Of a DNA stretch of 64,000 bases, positions 21,916 through 32,628 are shown in pieces. The number at the start of each line of letters is the position of its first letter. Within the stretch, counting starts at the first letter, position 1. The translations under genes and the position numbers were made by a program. The notes beneath the pieces were generated by a model, which did no database searches, had not been told where the DNA came from, and worked only from the letters and a program-made list of their open reading frames with translations. Origin of the DNA: an uncultured cyanobacterium (lineage in GTDB: Bacteria; Cyanobacteriota; Cyanobacteriia; PCC-9006; JAAUQQ01); the NCBI GenBank assembly GCA_963718615.1, contig OY970368.1, forward strand, positions 3,968,001-4,032,000. Reading direction: 5' to 3'.

Positions 21916-22055
21916 TAGCTCTCATAATAGGGACTTATTAACCCCAGAAAGCTTAAGAAATGTAACCTTTTTGTTTCTCTCTAGTAACTTTTCTTGAATT
22001 CCTGGGGTTGGGGGGCTTGATCTGCTTAGGGGTTAGATCCGCATCAGAGTGGGAT

Positions 22056-22808
22056 TTAGAGCGGTATGAGGCCGAAGGCGGACAGGGCGATCGCCCCCAC
22101 CAATGCAGCCAGAAGCGCTGCGCCTGTGTAGGTAATCGCGGCTCCGACCTGAGCCAATTCCTTTGGCGGATTGTTCTGCCAAGCCCAACGGGTTGCGCCT
22201 GGAATTCGGCTCAATCCTTGCAGGTAGCCCAGATCTTCGAGTTTGACCCGATATTCTGCGGTATAGCGCGGCATATGCTCAAAGGAAACTTCCCCTATAG
22301 CCCGCTGGGGCAAAACCCGACGTCGCTGATAGGGAACTGTGTCATCTCCAAAGCTGGTTGCATACTCTTCGCTGTTGAGGAGCGCATCCACAAAGCCGTT
22401 GAGGCCTTGGGTTGCAAGCACAATCGACCAAGCCTGAGCTTCCCGCGCGTTGTGAATGTCGCGGCCCAAGAGGCGTTGAACACAGAGCTGAACAAACCGA
22501 TAATTGCTGTTGCAGTCGTAGTTGTTGGCCCGGAAGGGATAGGACGTGGCTAAACCACGAATGAACTCTCGCACCGTGATTTGGCCCCTGCGTAGCTGGG
22601 ATTCGAGGTAGGTTTGGCGGTTTTGTTTGAGCATTTGCTGCTCATGGAAAACTTGGCGATAGGCTGCCCAGATCAGGTCATCGACCTCGTTGGCAGACCG
22701 TAACGCTTCCATTGAATACTGATAAAGATGCTCATCTCCGGGTACTTCAAAACCTTGCACCCGAACGTTTTGAGCGTTCAGGGGATAATCCAATAAAGGG
22801 AGGGACAT
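22056..22808 (-). CDS. cpcL: Rod-membrane linker CpcL (CpcG2-type)
   Basis: CpcG-like MSLPLLDY...AAYRQVF.E...VPYQRRR plus hydrophobic C-terminal helix AAITYTGAALLAALVGAIALSAFGLI. Confidence 0.85.
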   Translation of the reverse strand: MSLPLLDYPLNAQNVRVQGFEVPGDEHLYQYSMEALRSANEVDDLIWAAYRQVFHEQQMLKQNRQTYLESQLRRGQITVREFIRGLATSYPFRANNYDCNSNYRFVQLCVQRLLGRDIHNAREAQAWSIVLATQGLNGFVDALLNSEEYATSFGDDTVPYQRRRVLPQRAIGEVSFEHMPRYTAEYRVKLEDLGYLQGLSRIPGATRWAWQNNPPKELAQVGAAITYTGAALLAALVGAIALSAFGLIPL

Positions 22809-23253
22809 CATTAAACTCCTCTTCGATAAAAAGTGGTTAACGGTAAAAGCAATTGGCTTAAAAAAATCTAAAATTGGCCTCAAATCAGTCTTAATGTGGA
22901 AGGGTCAAGACTGATTGCCAGGGTAAAACTAAGCACATATACTCAATTTTCCCCCTGGCGACATTTAGCATAGGCAAATGTGCCAGGGTCTGCACACAAC
23001 GATATAAAAAGTCATCTACTCTCAGATAGAGATAAGGGGCAGGGCGATCGCCTTCTCCCCTTTCTCTAAAAAATTGCTCTTACCATTGAGAGTGCCTGAT
23101 TCGATTGGCTAAGGACTTCAGAGCTTATCTATGGTTTAGGTGAGTTTTGGTCAATCCTTTAAGCGGTCTCCAAAATCTGAGAGGTTAGAACAAAACTTCA
23201 TGACAAATTGCTTGCGATCGCCTGCCCTCAGTTGACAACCTACTCGTTGACCC

Positions 23254-24030
23254 CTAGCAGTCTTCTTCTGGAATCACCAAAGGTCCCAAACTATCGCGGG
23301 TAGTTCGGCGGGTGAACGTGTTCCAGGTATTGAGATCTTCGGGCGGTTGATAGAGCAAGTTGGCCCGTGCAGCCTCCGAAAGCCCTTGGGCCATGGAAAA
23401 ATCGGCTCCCGCTAAGTTGGGAATGTGATTAAATTCAGCGTCCGTTAGGTCTGCGGCTCGAAAATCCACTCGTTGGATCTGCGCTCCATTCAGCCGCGCC
23501 TGACGCAGACAAGCTCCCACAAACGTCACCCGGCGCAAATCGGCACCACTCAGCGAGGCATTGGTTAGATTTGCCTCGGTAAAATCGGCACCGCTGAGAT
23601 AGGCCCCGAGAAAATTGGCCCCTTCCAGATCCGCCCCCCGCAAATTTGCGCCGTTGAGATAGGCTCCCATCAATTGAGCGCCGGGGCCGACGGCTCCCGA
23701 TTTTTGGTACTCAAAGCCCTCGGGCCATTGGGTGTGGCGATCGTACTGAGCAACTTTGAGATTTGCGCCTTCGAGTTGAGCCCCCGTCAAATTAGCTCCT
23801 TGGAAATTGGCCCGATTCAAGACGGCACCGCTGAAATTGGCGTTTTGCAAATTTGCCCCCCTCAAATCGGCCCCCCGCAAATCGGCTTCTGTTAGATCGG
23901 CCCCCGTCAAATTGGCTTCGCTCAAATCTGCATGGGTCAGCGTGGCCTGTTGCAGATTTGCTCCCGCTAAATCCGCACCGTTGAAATTGGCCTCGTAGAG
24001 ATCCTGTCCCGCTAAGTCCGTTCCAGTCAT
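23254..24030 (-). CDS. Pentapeptide repeat protein
   Basis: Two blocks of A(D/N)LxG repeats joined by a YDRHTQWPEGF linker; GAGGT RBS. Confidence 0.9.
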   Translation of the reverse strand: MTGTDLAGQDLYEANFNGADLAGANLQQATLTHADLSEANLTGADLTEADLRGADLRGANLQNANFSGAVLNRANFQGANLTGAQLEGANLKVAQYDRHTQWPEGFEYQKSGAVGPGAQLMGAYLNGANLRGADLEGANFLGAYLSGADFTEANLTNASLSGADLRRVTFVGACLRQARLNGAQIQRVDFRAADLTDAEFNHIPNLAGADFSMAQGLSEAARANLLYQPPEDLNTWNTFTRRTTRDSLGPLVIPEEDC

Positions 24031-24105
24031 ACCACCTCAAAAAAGAAATCCAAAAAGAAATTAAACTAAGTCCTGTGGATTCATCCTGTAAATCTGTAAT
24101 TTCCC

Positions 24106-24699
24106 ATGGTACGCTTCATCCCGCCCATGACGATGATAGACTTCTTTCGCAAAAGTGAAGGAACCTGGTTTATTCAACGAACGGTTCATCATTTTGATTC
24201 CACCGATGACGAATCCGGTGAATCGAATTTAATCATTCAAGTGTTAGAAACCGATGCAGAAAAGGTGCAGGAAATCGCAGCACAGCGAGGCTTAGACGCT
24301 GGAAAATTTTCCGGTGGTGCAAGGTTTTCTTGGCAATCAGTTTTGTCCGATGCGCCCCCTAATGATAAATACGCAGCGGTTTTGATTGACCTCCCTGACG
24401 ATGAAAACGGTCGCAGCGGCAAACTGTTTCGGGACCAGGGCTATGTGGAAAGTATGCCTGTGATTAGCCGTTATCGTTTTGCCGAAGATGGCCTGCTGAC
24501 CATTTCAACGGATTATGAAAACAGCCAAGGGCAAGAGCGCTGCTGGTTTGTTTCCGATGATTTTCGGGTGCGGGTCAGTACGGTGCGCATGATGGGGGGC
24601 GTCAACCTCATGACCTACTGTTCCGAGTTTCGCTGCATTTCGGATCAGGCCCTAGAAGCCATGGTGGCCCGTAACCGTAGGCTTGCAAGCCAGGGCTAG
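24106..24699 (+). CDS. cpeU: S/U-type bilin lyase, probable CpeU
   Basis: DFFRKSEGTW..QRTVHHFD, GQERCWF; upstream of pebAB. Confidence 0.8.
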   Translation: MVRFIPPMTMIDFFRKSEGTWFIQRTVHHFDSTDDESGESNLIIQVLETDAEKVQEIAAQRGLDAGKFSGGARFSWQSVLSDAPPNDKYAAVLIDLPDDENGRSGKLFRDQGYVESMPVISRYRFAEDGLLTISTDYENSQGQERCWFVSDDFRVRVSTVRMMGGVNLMTYCSEFRCISDQALEAMVARNRRLASQG

Positions 24700-24703
24700 C
24701 ATG

Positions 24704-24759
24704 GCCCCAATCCCCAAAGCCCAGGGTTCAATGTTGTGTTACGGATTATTACTTTGTTT
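24704..24759 (+). promoter_or_regulatory. pebAB promoter elements: N-box-like sequence and TTGTTA-N4-TTGTTA-like repeat
   Basis: GCCCCAATCCCCAAAGC at 24704-24720; GTGTTA-CGGA-TTATTA at 24736-24751. Confidence 0.5.
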
Positions 24760-24834
24760 AATCTTCAGCGGGACAGCCCTCCGAGCAATCTCCTATGCTC
24801 GACTCTGTCATTTGAACCCTTGAGCTGGCCACTC

Positions 24835-25560
24835 ATGTATAAACCTTTCCAACAGTATTTAGAGCAGTCCCTGTTCGAGAATTTTGATTTGCAGTCGGAG
24901 CCGATTCCGGTCGGACTCGATCGCAATGTTTCTGATCGGGGCAAAAGTCCTGCAACGATCCAAAGCTGGTGTTATAGCTCCCCAGAACTTCGCAAGATCC
25001 GCTATACCTATATCGATGCGGGTGAGGCCGCGCAGGTGTTTAACAGCGTGATCTATCCGGCTCATTGTTATGATGCACCGTTGCTTGGTATTGATCTACT
25101 TTCCTTTGGCAAAAAGAAAATTCTGGTGGTAATCGATTTTCAGCCCCTATTTCGGGATGCTGTATACCAAGCGAAATACGTCGCACCAATGCGAGAAATG
25201 TATGAACGCTATACGGATTTGGCGCAGAATTTGGGCATGAAATTCTACGATGCCAATCAGTATTTTTCCAACTATTTGCTGTTTGCTAAAACCGATGCAG
25301 AGACCGTTGAAAGTCGGGTTTTTCCGGCATTTTGTGATTATGTGAATCAGTACTGGATGCTGCTTCAACAGGCCGATCGATTAACAGATCCTTCAGATAT
25401 TCAACGCGTTGTCAAAGCCCAAAAAGACTACGACCAATACAGCGCTGAACGGGATCCAGCCCATGGGTTATTTAGCAGTTATTTTGGCAGCGAATGGGCC
25501 GATCGCTTCCTCTATGAATTCTTGTTTGCAGATGCAGTGCCCTTGGCGGTGAGCCATTAG
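24835..25560 (+). CDS. pebA: 15,16-dihydrobiliverdin:ferredoxin oxidoreductase
   Basis: RKIRYTYIDAG, PLLGIDLL, DFQPL, YSAERDPAHGLF; ATG 24835. Confidence 0.95.
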   Translation: MYKPFQQYLEQSLFENFDLQSEPIPVGLDRNVSDRGKSPATIQSWCYSSPELRKIRYTYIDAGEAAQVFNSVIYPAHCYDAPLLGIDLLSFGKKKILVVIDFQPLFRDAVYQAKYVAPMREMYERYTDLAQNLGMKFYDANQYFSNYLLFAKTDAETVESRVFPAFCDYVNQYWMLLQQADRLTDPSDIQRVVKAQKDYDQYSAERDPAHGLFSSYFGSEWADRFLYEFLFADAVPLAVSH

Positions 25561-25563
25561 TCT

Positions 25564-26301
25564 ATGACTATTTATCAACCCTTTTTAGACCACGCGATCG
25601 CCACCCTCCAAGCCCAGCTCGATCTTTCTCCCTATCCCATTCCTGCGGGATTTGAAAGGAAAGTTGGCACCACAGGACCTAAAAATAATCCTCAGGAAGT
25701 CGTGACCACCAGCCATGCCTACGCCTCTCCTAAGCTGCGGCAAATCCGCGCAGCCCATGTGGAAGGGGGGAGCGGTTTGCAGGTGCTCAATTTTGTGATT
25801 TTTCCCCATCTAGAATACGATTTACCCTTTTTTGGGGCGGATTTAGTGACGCTGCCTGGTGGTCATTTGATTGCTCTGGATATGCAACCGCTCTTTCATA
25901 CGGAGGCTTACAAGGCCAAGTACACCGAACCCCTCTGGGAGACGTTTAAGCACTATCAAAAGGATTTGCCCTGGGGGGGGGATTTTCCTGAAGAGGCCCA
26001 GCCCTTTTTCTCGCCTGCCTTTCTATGGACCCGGCCTAGTGCAACCGAGACCGTTGAGACGACAGTATTTGAAGCCTTTAAGGCCTATCTCGACCAATAT
26101 ATTGCCTATGTCCAAGGGGCAAAACCGGCTCCGGAATCCGAATGGGACGCGATTCAGCAATCCCATCTGGCCTATTTGCACTATCGGGCGGAAAAGGATC
26201 CGGCACGGGGCATGTTGACCCGATTTTATGGACCGGAATGGACCGAGGAATATATCCACGGATTTTTATTCGACTTGGAGCGCAAGCTGGCGGCGGCCTA
26301 G
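25564..26301 (+). CDS. pebB: Phycoerythrobilin:ferredoxin oxidoreductase
   Basis: [31 protein letters not shown]. Confidence 0.95.
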   Translation: MTIYQPFLDHAIATLQAQLDLSPYPIPAGFERKVGTTGPKNNPQEVVTTSHAYASPKLRQIRAAHVEGGSGLQVLNFVIFPHLEYDLPFFGADLVTLPGGHLIALDMQPLFHTEAYKAKYTEPLWETFKHYQKDLPWGGDFPEEAQPFFSPAFLWTRPSATETVETTVFEAFKAYLDQYIAYVQGAKPAPESEWDAIQQSHLAYLHYRAEKDPARGMLTRFYGPEWTEEYIHGFLFDLERKLAAA

Positions 26302-26410
26302 GACGGGCTGTAATGCAACCCTGACAAAAAAGTGAGCGGGGGGAGCCCAGAAACTTATAGATTCGTTACACTTGTTAATGTAATGACTCATATTTGTTTC
26401 GGCTATCGCC

Positions 26411-26953
26411 ATGCTCACCAGTCAAACCTTGCTTTCTGCGATCGCCCAAGTCTTTCGCCCTAGCCAACTCTCCTCTAACCGCACCGTTCAGCTCTCGATC
26501 GCCCTCCTGCGCGTCGTTGCCGGTATTGTCATGGTTCACAATGGTCTTGACAAACTGGGCAATGTGGAAAGCTTCGCGGCAGCCTATGTGGCGGTCATTG
26601 GGCTGCCCTTCCCGATTTTCTTTACCTACGTGGCTGCCTTTACCGAACTGCTGGCAGCTCCTCTACTGGCGATCGGCTTCCTGACCCGGCCCGCAGCCCT
26701 GGGACTGTTTGCTACGATGGTAGTAGCCATGTACCATCATATCAAAGTCGCCGGTTTGAGTATTCCCTATCTCGAACTGTCTGCGCTTTACGCCGCTTGT
26801 TTCCAGTACTTTTTAATCGCTGGAGCCGGACTATTTTCAGTCGATGCGATTATTGCAGGTTGGATAGACTTAGAAATGGGCGATCGCCAGCGGCATGCCA
26901 TTGCAGCCCAACCCCCAGAGGAAATCGCCGGGGAAACCGCAGCCCAGCGTTAA
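26411..26953 (+). CDS. DoxX family membrane protein
   Basis: LLRVVAGIVMVHNGLDKL, GFLTRPAALGL, GAGLFSVD. Confidence 0.9.
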   Translation: MLTSQTLLSAIAQVFRPSQLSSNRTVQLSIALLRVVAGIVMVHNGLDKLGNVESFAAAYVAVIGLPFPIFFTYVAAFTELLAAPLLAIGFLTRPAALGLFATMVVAMYHHIKVAGLSIPYLELSALYAACFQYFLIAGAGLFSVDAIIAGWIDLEMGDRQRHAIAAQPPEEIAGETAAQR

Positions 26954-27044
26954 GGTTTGCGGAACCAAAATCCCTGCTGCTCCCAGCGACCCTCGAAACA
27001 ATCTGAAATAATAGAGCCAGGATTCAGTACCGAGGAAAATCAGC

Positions 27045-27914
27045 GTGACGGTTAAGCCAGATTGGTTACGGGTCAAAGCGCCCCAATGGGAACGAGTGGG
27101 CACTGTCAAGGACATTTTGCGAGATCTCGATCTCAACACCGTTTGTGAGGAAGCCTCCTGTCCCAACATTGGCGAATGCTTTAACAACGGCACGGCGACG
27201 TTTTTGATCATGGGACCGGCCTGCACCCGCGCCTGTCCCTACTGCGATATTAATTTCGAGAAAAAACCCCAGGCCCTTGACCCCACCGAGCCGACCCGTC
27301 TCGCCGAAGCCGTACGCCGGATGCAGCTCAACCATGTGGTGATTACCTCGGTGAACCGTGATGATTTGCCCGATGGGGGAGCCCACCAGTTCGCGGCTTG
27401 CATTACTGCCGTGCGTGCCGCTTCGCCCGGTACGACCATCGAAGTTCTGATTCCTGACCTTTGCGGTAACTGGGACGCCCTGGCCATCATTTTGGCAGCC
27501 CATCCTGAGGTCATGAATCACAACACTGAAACCGTGCCCCGGCTCTATCGGCGGACTCGACCCCAGGGAGACTATGGGCGATCGCTCGAACTCCTCCGCC
27601 GCTCCCACGAATTGGCTCCCCAAAGTTATACCAAATCTGGCATCATGACAGGTCTCGGTGAAACCGACGAAGAGATTCGGGCTGTCATGCGAGACCTACG
27701 CGCAGTGAACTGCGATATCCTTACCCTGGGGCAATATCTTCAGCCCACCCAAAAACATTTAGGCGTCGATCGCTTTATTCGTCCCGAGGAATTTGATGCC
27801 TGGCGCGACTATGGAGAATCCATCGGCTTTTTGCAAGTCATTGCCTCCCCCCTGACTCGCAGCTCCTACCATGCGGAGCAGGTCCGCCTGTTGATCGCAA
27901 AACATCCTCGCTAG
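27045..27914 (+). CDS. lipA: Lipoyl synthase
   Basis: [20 protein letters not shown] radical SAM motif, RSSYHA. Confidence 0.97.
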   Translation: MTVKPDWLRVKAPQWERVGTVKDILRDLDLNTVCEEASCPNIGECFNNGTATFLIMGPACTRACPYCDINFEKKPQALDPTEPTRLAEAVRRMQLNHVVITSVNRDDLPDGGAHQFAACITAVRAASPGTTIEVLIPDLCGNWDALAIILAAHPEVMNHNTETVPRLYRRTRPQGDYGRSLELLRRSHELAPQSYTKSGIMTGLGETDEEIRAVMRDLRAVNCDILTLGQYLQPTQKHLGVDRFIRPEEFDAWRDYGESIGFLQVIASPLTRSSYHAEQVRLLIAKHPR

Positions 27915-28812
27915 ACCCGTGAGCCTTGATTGACAATTAGGTCTTGTAATTAGTTGCAGACGCATCCTGAAAGAATCGCGATTATTTTTCTCTAGGGCGC
28001 TGCGAATAAGCAAGCTTGTTACACAATCCCCTCAAAACCATAGTTTTTGTCAATTTATTCTGCGAAAACCATAGACTACTGTCGAGGTAATCAGACCGGT
28101 GGGGATCGGAAATTTGCGAATTCTTTGACAAAATTTGAGTAATTCGGGATACCTGACGGGAATCATACATTACCGTCAGGATGAAAGTGAATTACTCAAG
28201 ATCTTTGCCCGAGCCATCGCTCAAGGGTCGCCGTGGCAATCACTCCCGCGATTTTGCGGTGCTGAGAATTCACAACCTCTTACACTTGACAGCCCCCACA
28301 GAGTCAAGTCATTTCACGTCTGACCCCTATTTCATCATTCTTTGAAGAACCTTTTAATGTCACCCGGAAAGGGCCCCCCACTTTCTGCAAGCTTGCTTTA
28401 CCTTATATAAGGGCCAAGGGCAATTGGCCCATCGAGTGATAACCCAGAACGAAGCAGAAGGCTTGTAGAACTTTTGAACTTGTCTAATTTTTATTTGAAA
28501 TCAGAGCAGGTCAAACGTTCTAATTCTGAGTGCCAAAAACTCACGCAATTGTAGTTTTCTTGCGAAATGCATCCCCCCTAGGCGTGCAACTTTTGTCAGA
28601 AAAGCTACAATCAAAAAACCGTCTGAACGTCAAACGTGAATACACAGAGGTCCAGAACAAATAAATGTGTCCTAAGGCTTAAAGGCTCATTAGATTTACG
28701 GTATTCAACCGAAATCCAGGAGCATTTTGTCGCACGACACGATTGTCTGGTTTCCACTCCTGGCATTTAGTCTTAAGTCTTCTATCTATTTAAGGAGAAC
28801 GAGGAACGCAGC

Positions 28813-29991
28813 ATGACCCAGGCCAATAATTTACTGGCTTCCCTGATTCAACCTGAGACTGATGTAACTGAGTCCTTCTCGTCAGGTCCTTCATCTACAG
28901 CAAAACCTTCAGATCTAATTGAGATCGAGGTCGATGATGATGGAGATCTCGACGAAGAACCAGGCTTTGATAATCAGCTCGCTGAAGATGATAAAACTGG
29001 TAAGAATAAGTCTTCCCGTCGAAAAACCCAGGCGAAAAAGAAGCACTATACCGAAGACTCCATTCGTCTTTATCTGCAAGAAATTGGCCGCATCCGTTTG
29101 CTGCGTGCGGATGAGGAAATTGAGCTGGCGCGGAAAATTGCCGATTTGCTGGAGCTGGAGCGAATTCGGGAGAGTTTGGGCGATCGCCTAGAACGTGAAC
29201 CCCGCGATGCGGAATGGGCTGAGGCCGTTGATATGGCGCTGCCTGCCTTCCAGCGTCGTCTGTACCAAGGCCGCAAAGCCAAGGAAAAGATGGTGCAGTC
29301 GAACCTGCGGTTGGTGGTGTCGATTGCCAAGAAATATATGAACCGGGGTCTGTCGTTCCAGGATTTGATCCAGGAAGGCAGTTTGGGTCTGATTCGGGCC
29401 GCTGAGAAATTTGACCATGAAAAGGGTTATAAGTTCTCGACCTATGCGACTTGGTGGATTCGTCAGGCGATTACGCGGGCGATCGCAGACCAGTCCCGCA
29501 CTATCCGCCTACCGGTTCACCTTTACGAAACCATTTCTCGAATCAAAAAAACCACCAAGCTGCTCTCCCAGGAAATGGGCCGCAAGCCGACGGAGGAAGA
29601 AATCGCCACTCGCATGGAAATGACCATCGAGAAGCTGCGGTTTATCGCCAAGTCTGCCCAGTTGCCAATTTCCTTGGAAACGCCAATTGGTAAGGAAGAG
29701 GATTCTCGTTTGGGCGACTTTATTGAGTCCGATGGCGAAACGCCGGAAGACCAGGTGTCCAAGAGTCTACTGCGGGAAGACCTCGAAAGCGTCCTCAGCA
29801 CCCTCAGCCCCCGCGAACGCGATGTCCTGCGTTTGCGCTACGGACTGGATGATGGCCGCATGAAGACCCTGGAAGAAATCGGCCAGATCTTCAACGTGAC
29901 CCGCGAGCGTATTCGCCAAATCGAAGCGAAAGCCCTGCGCAAGCTGCGCCATCCCAACCGCAACAGCGTCCTGAAAGAATACATCCGATAG
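28813..29991 (+). CDS. sigA: Principal (group 1) RNA polymerase sigma factor
   Basis: [51 protein letters not shown]. Confidence 0.96.
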   Translation: MTQANNLLASLIQPETDVTESFSSGPSSTAKPSDLIEIEVDDDGDLDEEPGFDNQLAEDDKTGKNKSSRRKTQAKKKHYTEDSIRLYLQEIGRIRLLRADEEIELARKIADLLELERIRESLGDRLEREPRDAEWAEAVDMALPAFQRRLYQGRKAKEKMVQSNLRLVVSIAKKYMNRGLSFQDLIQEGSLGLIRAAEKFDHEKGYKFSTYATWWIRQAITRAIADQSRTIRLPVHLYETISRIKKTTKLLSQEMGRKPTEEEIATRMEMTIEKLRFIAKSAQLPISLETPIGKEEDSRLGDFIESDGETPEDQVSKSLLREDLESVLSTLSPRERDVLRLRYGLDDGRMKTLEEIGQIFNVTRERIRQIEAKALRKLRHPNRNSVLKEYIR

Positions 29992-30044
29992 GAAACGCAT
30001 CTATCCCTCTAAAGAACGGTAAACCGTTTACCTCCGTAGGGACC

Positions 30045-30081
30045 CCGTAGGGACGTTCAGCAGAGCGTCCCTATGGTTTTT
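30045..30081 (+). terminator. sigA terminator with GTAG-REP-like hairpin
   Basis: 14-bp stem CCGTAGGGACGTTC/GAGCGTCCCTATGG, 4-nt loop, then TTTTT. Confidence 0.75.
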
Positions 30082-30130
30082 CTGGAATGGAACGCCAATT
30101 GATCGGAATTTGTATTTACGCAGCCTCGCT

Positions 30131-31372
30131 TTACGCAGAGGGTCCTGGAAAAATTGCCAGACCCGTTCCCGGTTGGAACAAATGAATTTTTTCAGAACGA
30201 ATCGTCAGCCAAAGAATTTCTCCGGGCTTCACCGGTTGGTCTGGGGCCAGCCGAGCCTGAATCAGCTCTGTCGAATCTAATAGCGTTCCTGCTACATAGG
30301 TTTCACTGCCGATCGCCTCCACTTGGTGAACCCGCACCGGCAAATTTTTCGTCGCTGGAGGCCCGAACTGCAAATGCTCCGGACGAATCCCCAGCAACAC
30401 CGTCTTGCCGTCGTAGTCTTCCAAGACATAGGTCCATGCATCGGGCAGCGTCATGCGGAACTGCTCATGGATGGCCATGCGGGGTGTTTTGATTTGAATC
30501 GGAATAAAGTTCATCGGTGGTGAACCAATGAACGAGGCCACAAACTGGTTCACCGGACGTTCATAGAGCTCTAGGGGCGGCCCGACCTGCTGAATTTGTC
30601 CCTCTGCCATCACCGCAATGCGCTGGCCCATGGTCATGGCTTCGATTTGATCGTGAGTCACATAAATCGTCGTTGTGCCCAACTGCCGCTGGAGGCTGAC
30701 AATTTGTGCCCGTGTTTCTGCTCGCAGTTTGGCATCAAGGTTGGACAGGGGTTCATCCATCAAAAAGACTTGAGGGTTGCGGGCGATCGCCCGACCCAAG
30801 GCCACCCGCTGCTTTTGCCCCCCCGAAAGCTGTTTGGGTAATCGATGCAACAAGCCATCAATCTGCAACATTTGGGCCACGCGAGAAATATGTTCCTTAA
30901 TCACCTGCTCCTGCTCCGGTCGATAGCGCAGGGATTTAGGGAGCGATCGCGTGCTACTCACCAACAGCCGATCCGCCCAGTCTGGCAAATTAGGATTTAC
31001 GGGTTCCGCCGCTGCTGCTGCCATGCGTCGCAAACCAAAGGCCAAATTGTCATAGACTGTCAGATGAGGATAAAGAGCATAGTTTTGAAACACCATGGCG
31101 ATGTCGCGGGCCTTGGGGGGGAGGTCATTGATGAGGCGATCGCCCACCCAAATATTACCGCCGGTTAATTCTTCCAACCCTGCAATGAGCCGCAGTAGCG
31201 TACTTTTGCCACAGCCCGAGGGACCGACGAGAACCATAAATTCGCCATCTTCGATCGCCAGATTAATCCGTCGCAGCACGCTCACCCGACTGGGAGCCGA
31301 GGTCTCCGCCTTGCGACGCCCCTGACGTGCCGGAAAACTTTTGTAGACGTCTTCAAAAACTACCTTAGCCAC
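30131..31372 (-). CDS. Carbohydrate ABC transporter ATP-binding subunit (MalK/UgpC family)
   Basis: GPSGCGKST, LSGGQKQR, MDEPLSNLDAKLR, TOBE C-terminus. Confidence 0.93.
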   Translation of the reverse strand: MAKVVFEDVYKSFPARQGRRKAETSAPSRVSVLRRINLAIEDGEFMVLVGPSGCGKSTLLRLIAGLEELTGGNIWVGDRLINDLPPKARDIAMVFQNYALYPHLTVYDNLAFGLRRMAAAAAEPVNPNLPDWADRLLVSSTRSLPKSLRYRPEQEQVIKEHISRVAQMLQIDGLLHRLPKQLSGGQKQRVALGRAIARNPQVFLMDEPLSNLDAKLRAETRAQIVSLQRQLGTTTIYVTHDQIEAMTMGQRIAVMAEGQIQQVGPPLELYERPVNQFVASFIGSPPMNFIPIQIKTPRMAIHEQFRMTLPDAWTYVLEDYDGKTVLLGIRPEHLQFGPPATKNLPVRVHQVEAIGSETYVAGTLLDSTELIQARLAPDQPVKPGEILWLTIRSEKIHLFQPGTGLAIFPGPSA

Positions 31373-31463
31373 GATGACAGTCCTGGCCCACAGTTCGCCA
31401 GCAGAAGAATTACGAACAGCTTACAATTAGATGACTAAAAGCGCGTGAAGCGTGCCAGAGGCT

Positions 31464-32561
31464 ATGCAATTTATCGATCAGGTCCAGGTTCAAGTTCTTG
31501 CCGGTGATGGGGGCGACGGGATTGTCGCCTTTCGGCGGGAGAAATATGTCCCGACAGGCGGCCCTTCGGGGGGCAATGGCGGACGGGGGGGCTCCGTCAT
31601 TTTGGTCGCCACGGAACAGCTCCAAACCCTCCTGGACTTTAAATATCGGCATATTTTTAAAGCAGAACCCGGCACCAGAGGCGGTCCCAAGGGTATGACT
31701 GGAGCCCAGGGAGAAGATCTGCGCCTAGAAGTTCCCTGTGGAACATCGGTGTATAACGGCGAGACCGATGAATTAATCGGTGACTTGATCGAACCGGGGC
31801 AAGCGCTTTGTGTGGCTCAAGGGGGAAAAGGCGGTTTGGGAAATCAACATTTTCTCAGCAATCACAACCGTGCCCCCGAGAAGGCTTTACCTGGTCTTCC
31901 CGGTGAAGCTCGGGTCCTGCGACTGGAACTCAAACTCATTGCTGAGGTCGGCATTATTGGTGTCCCCAATGCCGGTAAATCGACGTTAATTTCGGTCCTC
32001 TCGGCAGCTCGGCCCAAAATTGCGGATTATCCCTTCACGACGCTGGTCCCGAATTTGGGCGTTGTGCGTCGTGAGTCCGGCGATGGCACGGTGTTTGCGG
32101 ATATTCCCGGTTTAATCGAGGGAGCCCATGTGGGAATTGGGTTGGGCCATGACTTTTTGCGCCATGTGGAGCGGACGCGGATTTTGGTGCATCTCATTGA
32201 TGTGACCGATGACAATGTTTTGCTGAATTATCAAACCATTCAGGAAGAGCTAAGTTCCTATGGGCGGGGTCTGAGCGATCGCCCCCAAATTGTCGCCCTC
32301 AACAAAACCGATGCCTGCGACGAAGAATTAATCGAGTATTTGCAAGCGGAACTGTCCCAGGCGAGTGGCAGTCCGGTGTTTGCAATTTCCGCCGCGACCC
32401 AAACGGGTCTTCAGCCGTTGTTGCAGGAAGTCTGGAATCAATTGGACGCGATTAAGGCGAAGGAAGAGGCGGAGCGGTCAGCGCTGGCAGCGGCGATCGC
32501 GGCCCAAACTGTCGTAAATCCCCTAGAACCGATCGAAACCGATTTGTTGATTTCCCGTTGA
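31464..32561 (+). CDS. obgE: GTPase ObgE/CgtA
   Basis: MQFID...[36 protein letters not shown]. Confidence 0.97.
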   Translation: MQFIDQVQVQVLAGDGGDGIVAFRREKYVPTGGPSGGNGGRGGSVILVATEQLQTLLDFKYRHIFKAEPGTRGGPKGMTGAQGEDLRLEVPCGTSVYNGETDELIGDLIEPGQALCVAQGGKGGLGNQHFLSNHNRAPEKALPGLPGEARVLRLELKLIAEVGIIGVPNAGKSTLISVLSAARPKIADYPFTTLVPNLGVVRRESGDGTVFADIPGLIEGAHVGIGLGHDFLRHVERTRILVHLIDVTDDNVLLNYQTIQEELSSYGRGLSDRPQIVALNKTDACDEELIEYLQAELSQASGSPVFAISAATQTGLQPLLQEVWNQLDAIKAKEEAERSALAAAIAAQTVVNPLEPIETDLLISR

Positions 32562-32628
32562 CCCCATCCTGACAGACCCTCCCGATCCCCTCAACCGCTT
32601 AACCCAATCGCCAATCTAGTGTCTAAAT

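Noticed and set aside
24041-24062. AAAAGAAAT repeat as a CcaR G-box
   Set aside because: The period is 12 rather than 11 bp and it abuts the RBS; more likely a local duplication
26353-26385. HLR1/RpaB-like sites upstream of the DoxX gene (also near cpcB, cpeC and the ClC gene)
   Set aside because: One good GTTACA half-site each, but the second half or the spacing does not fit
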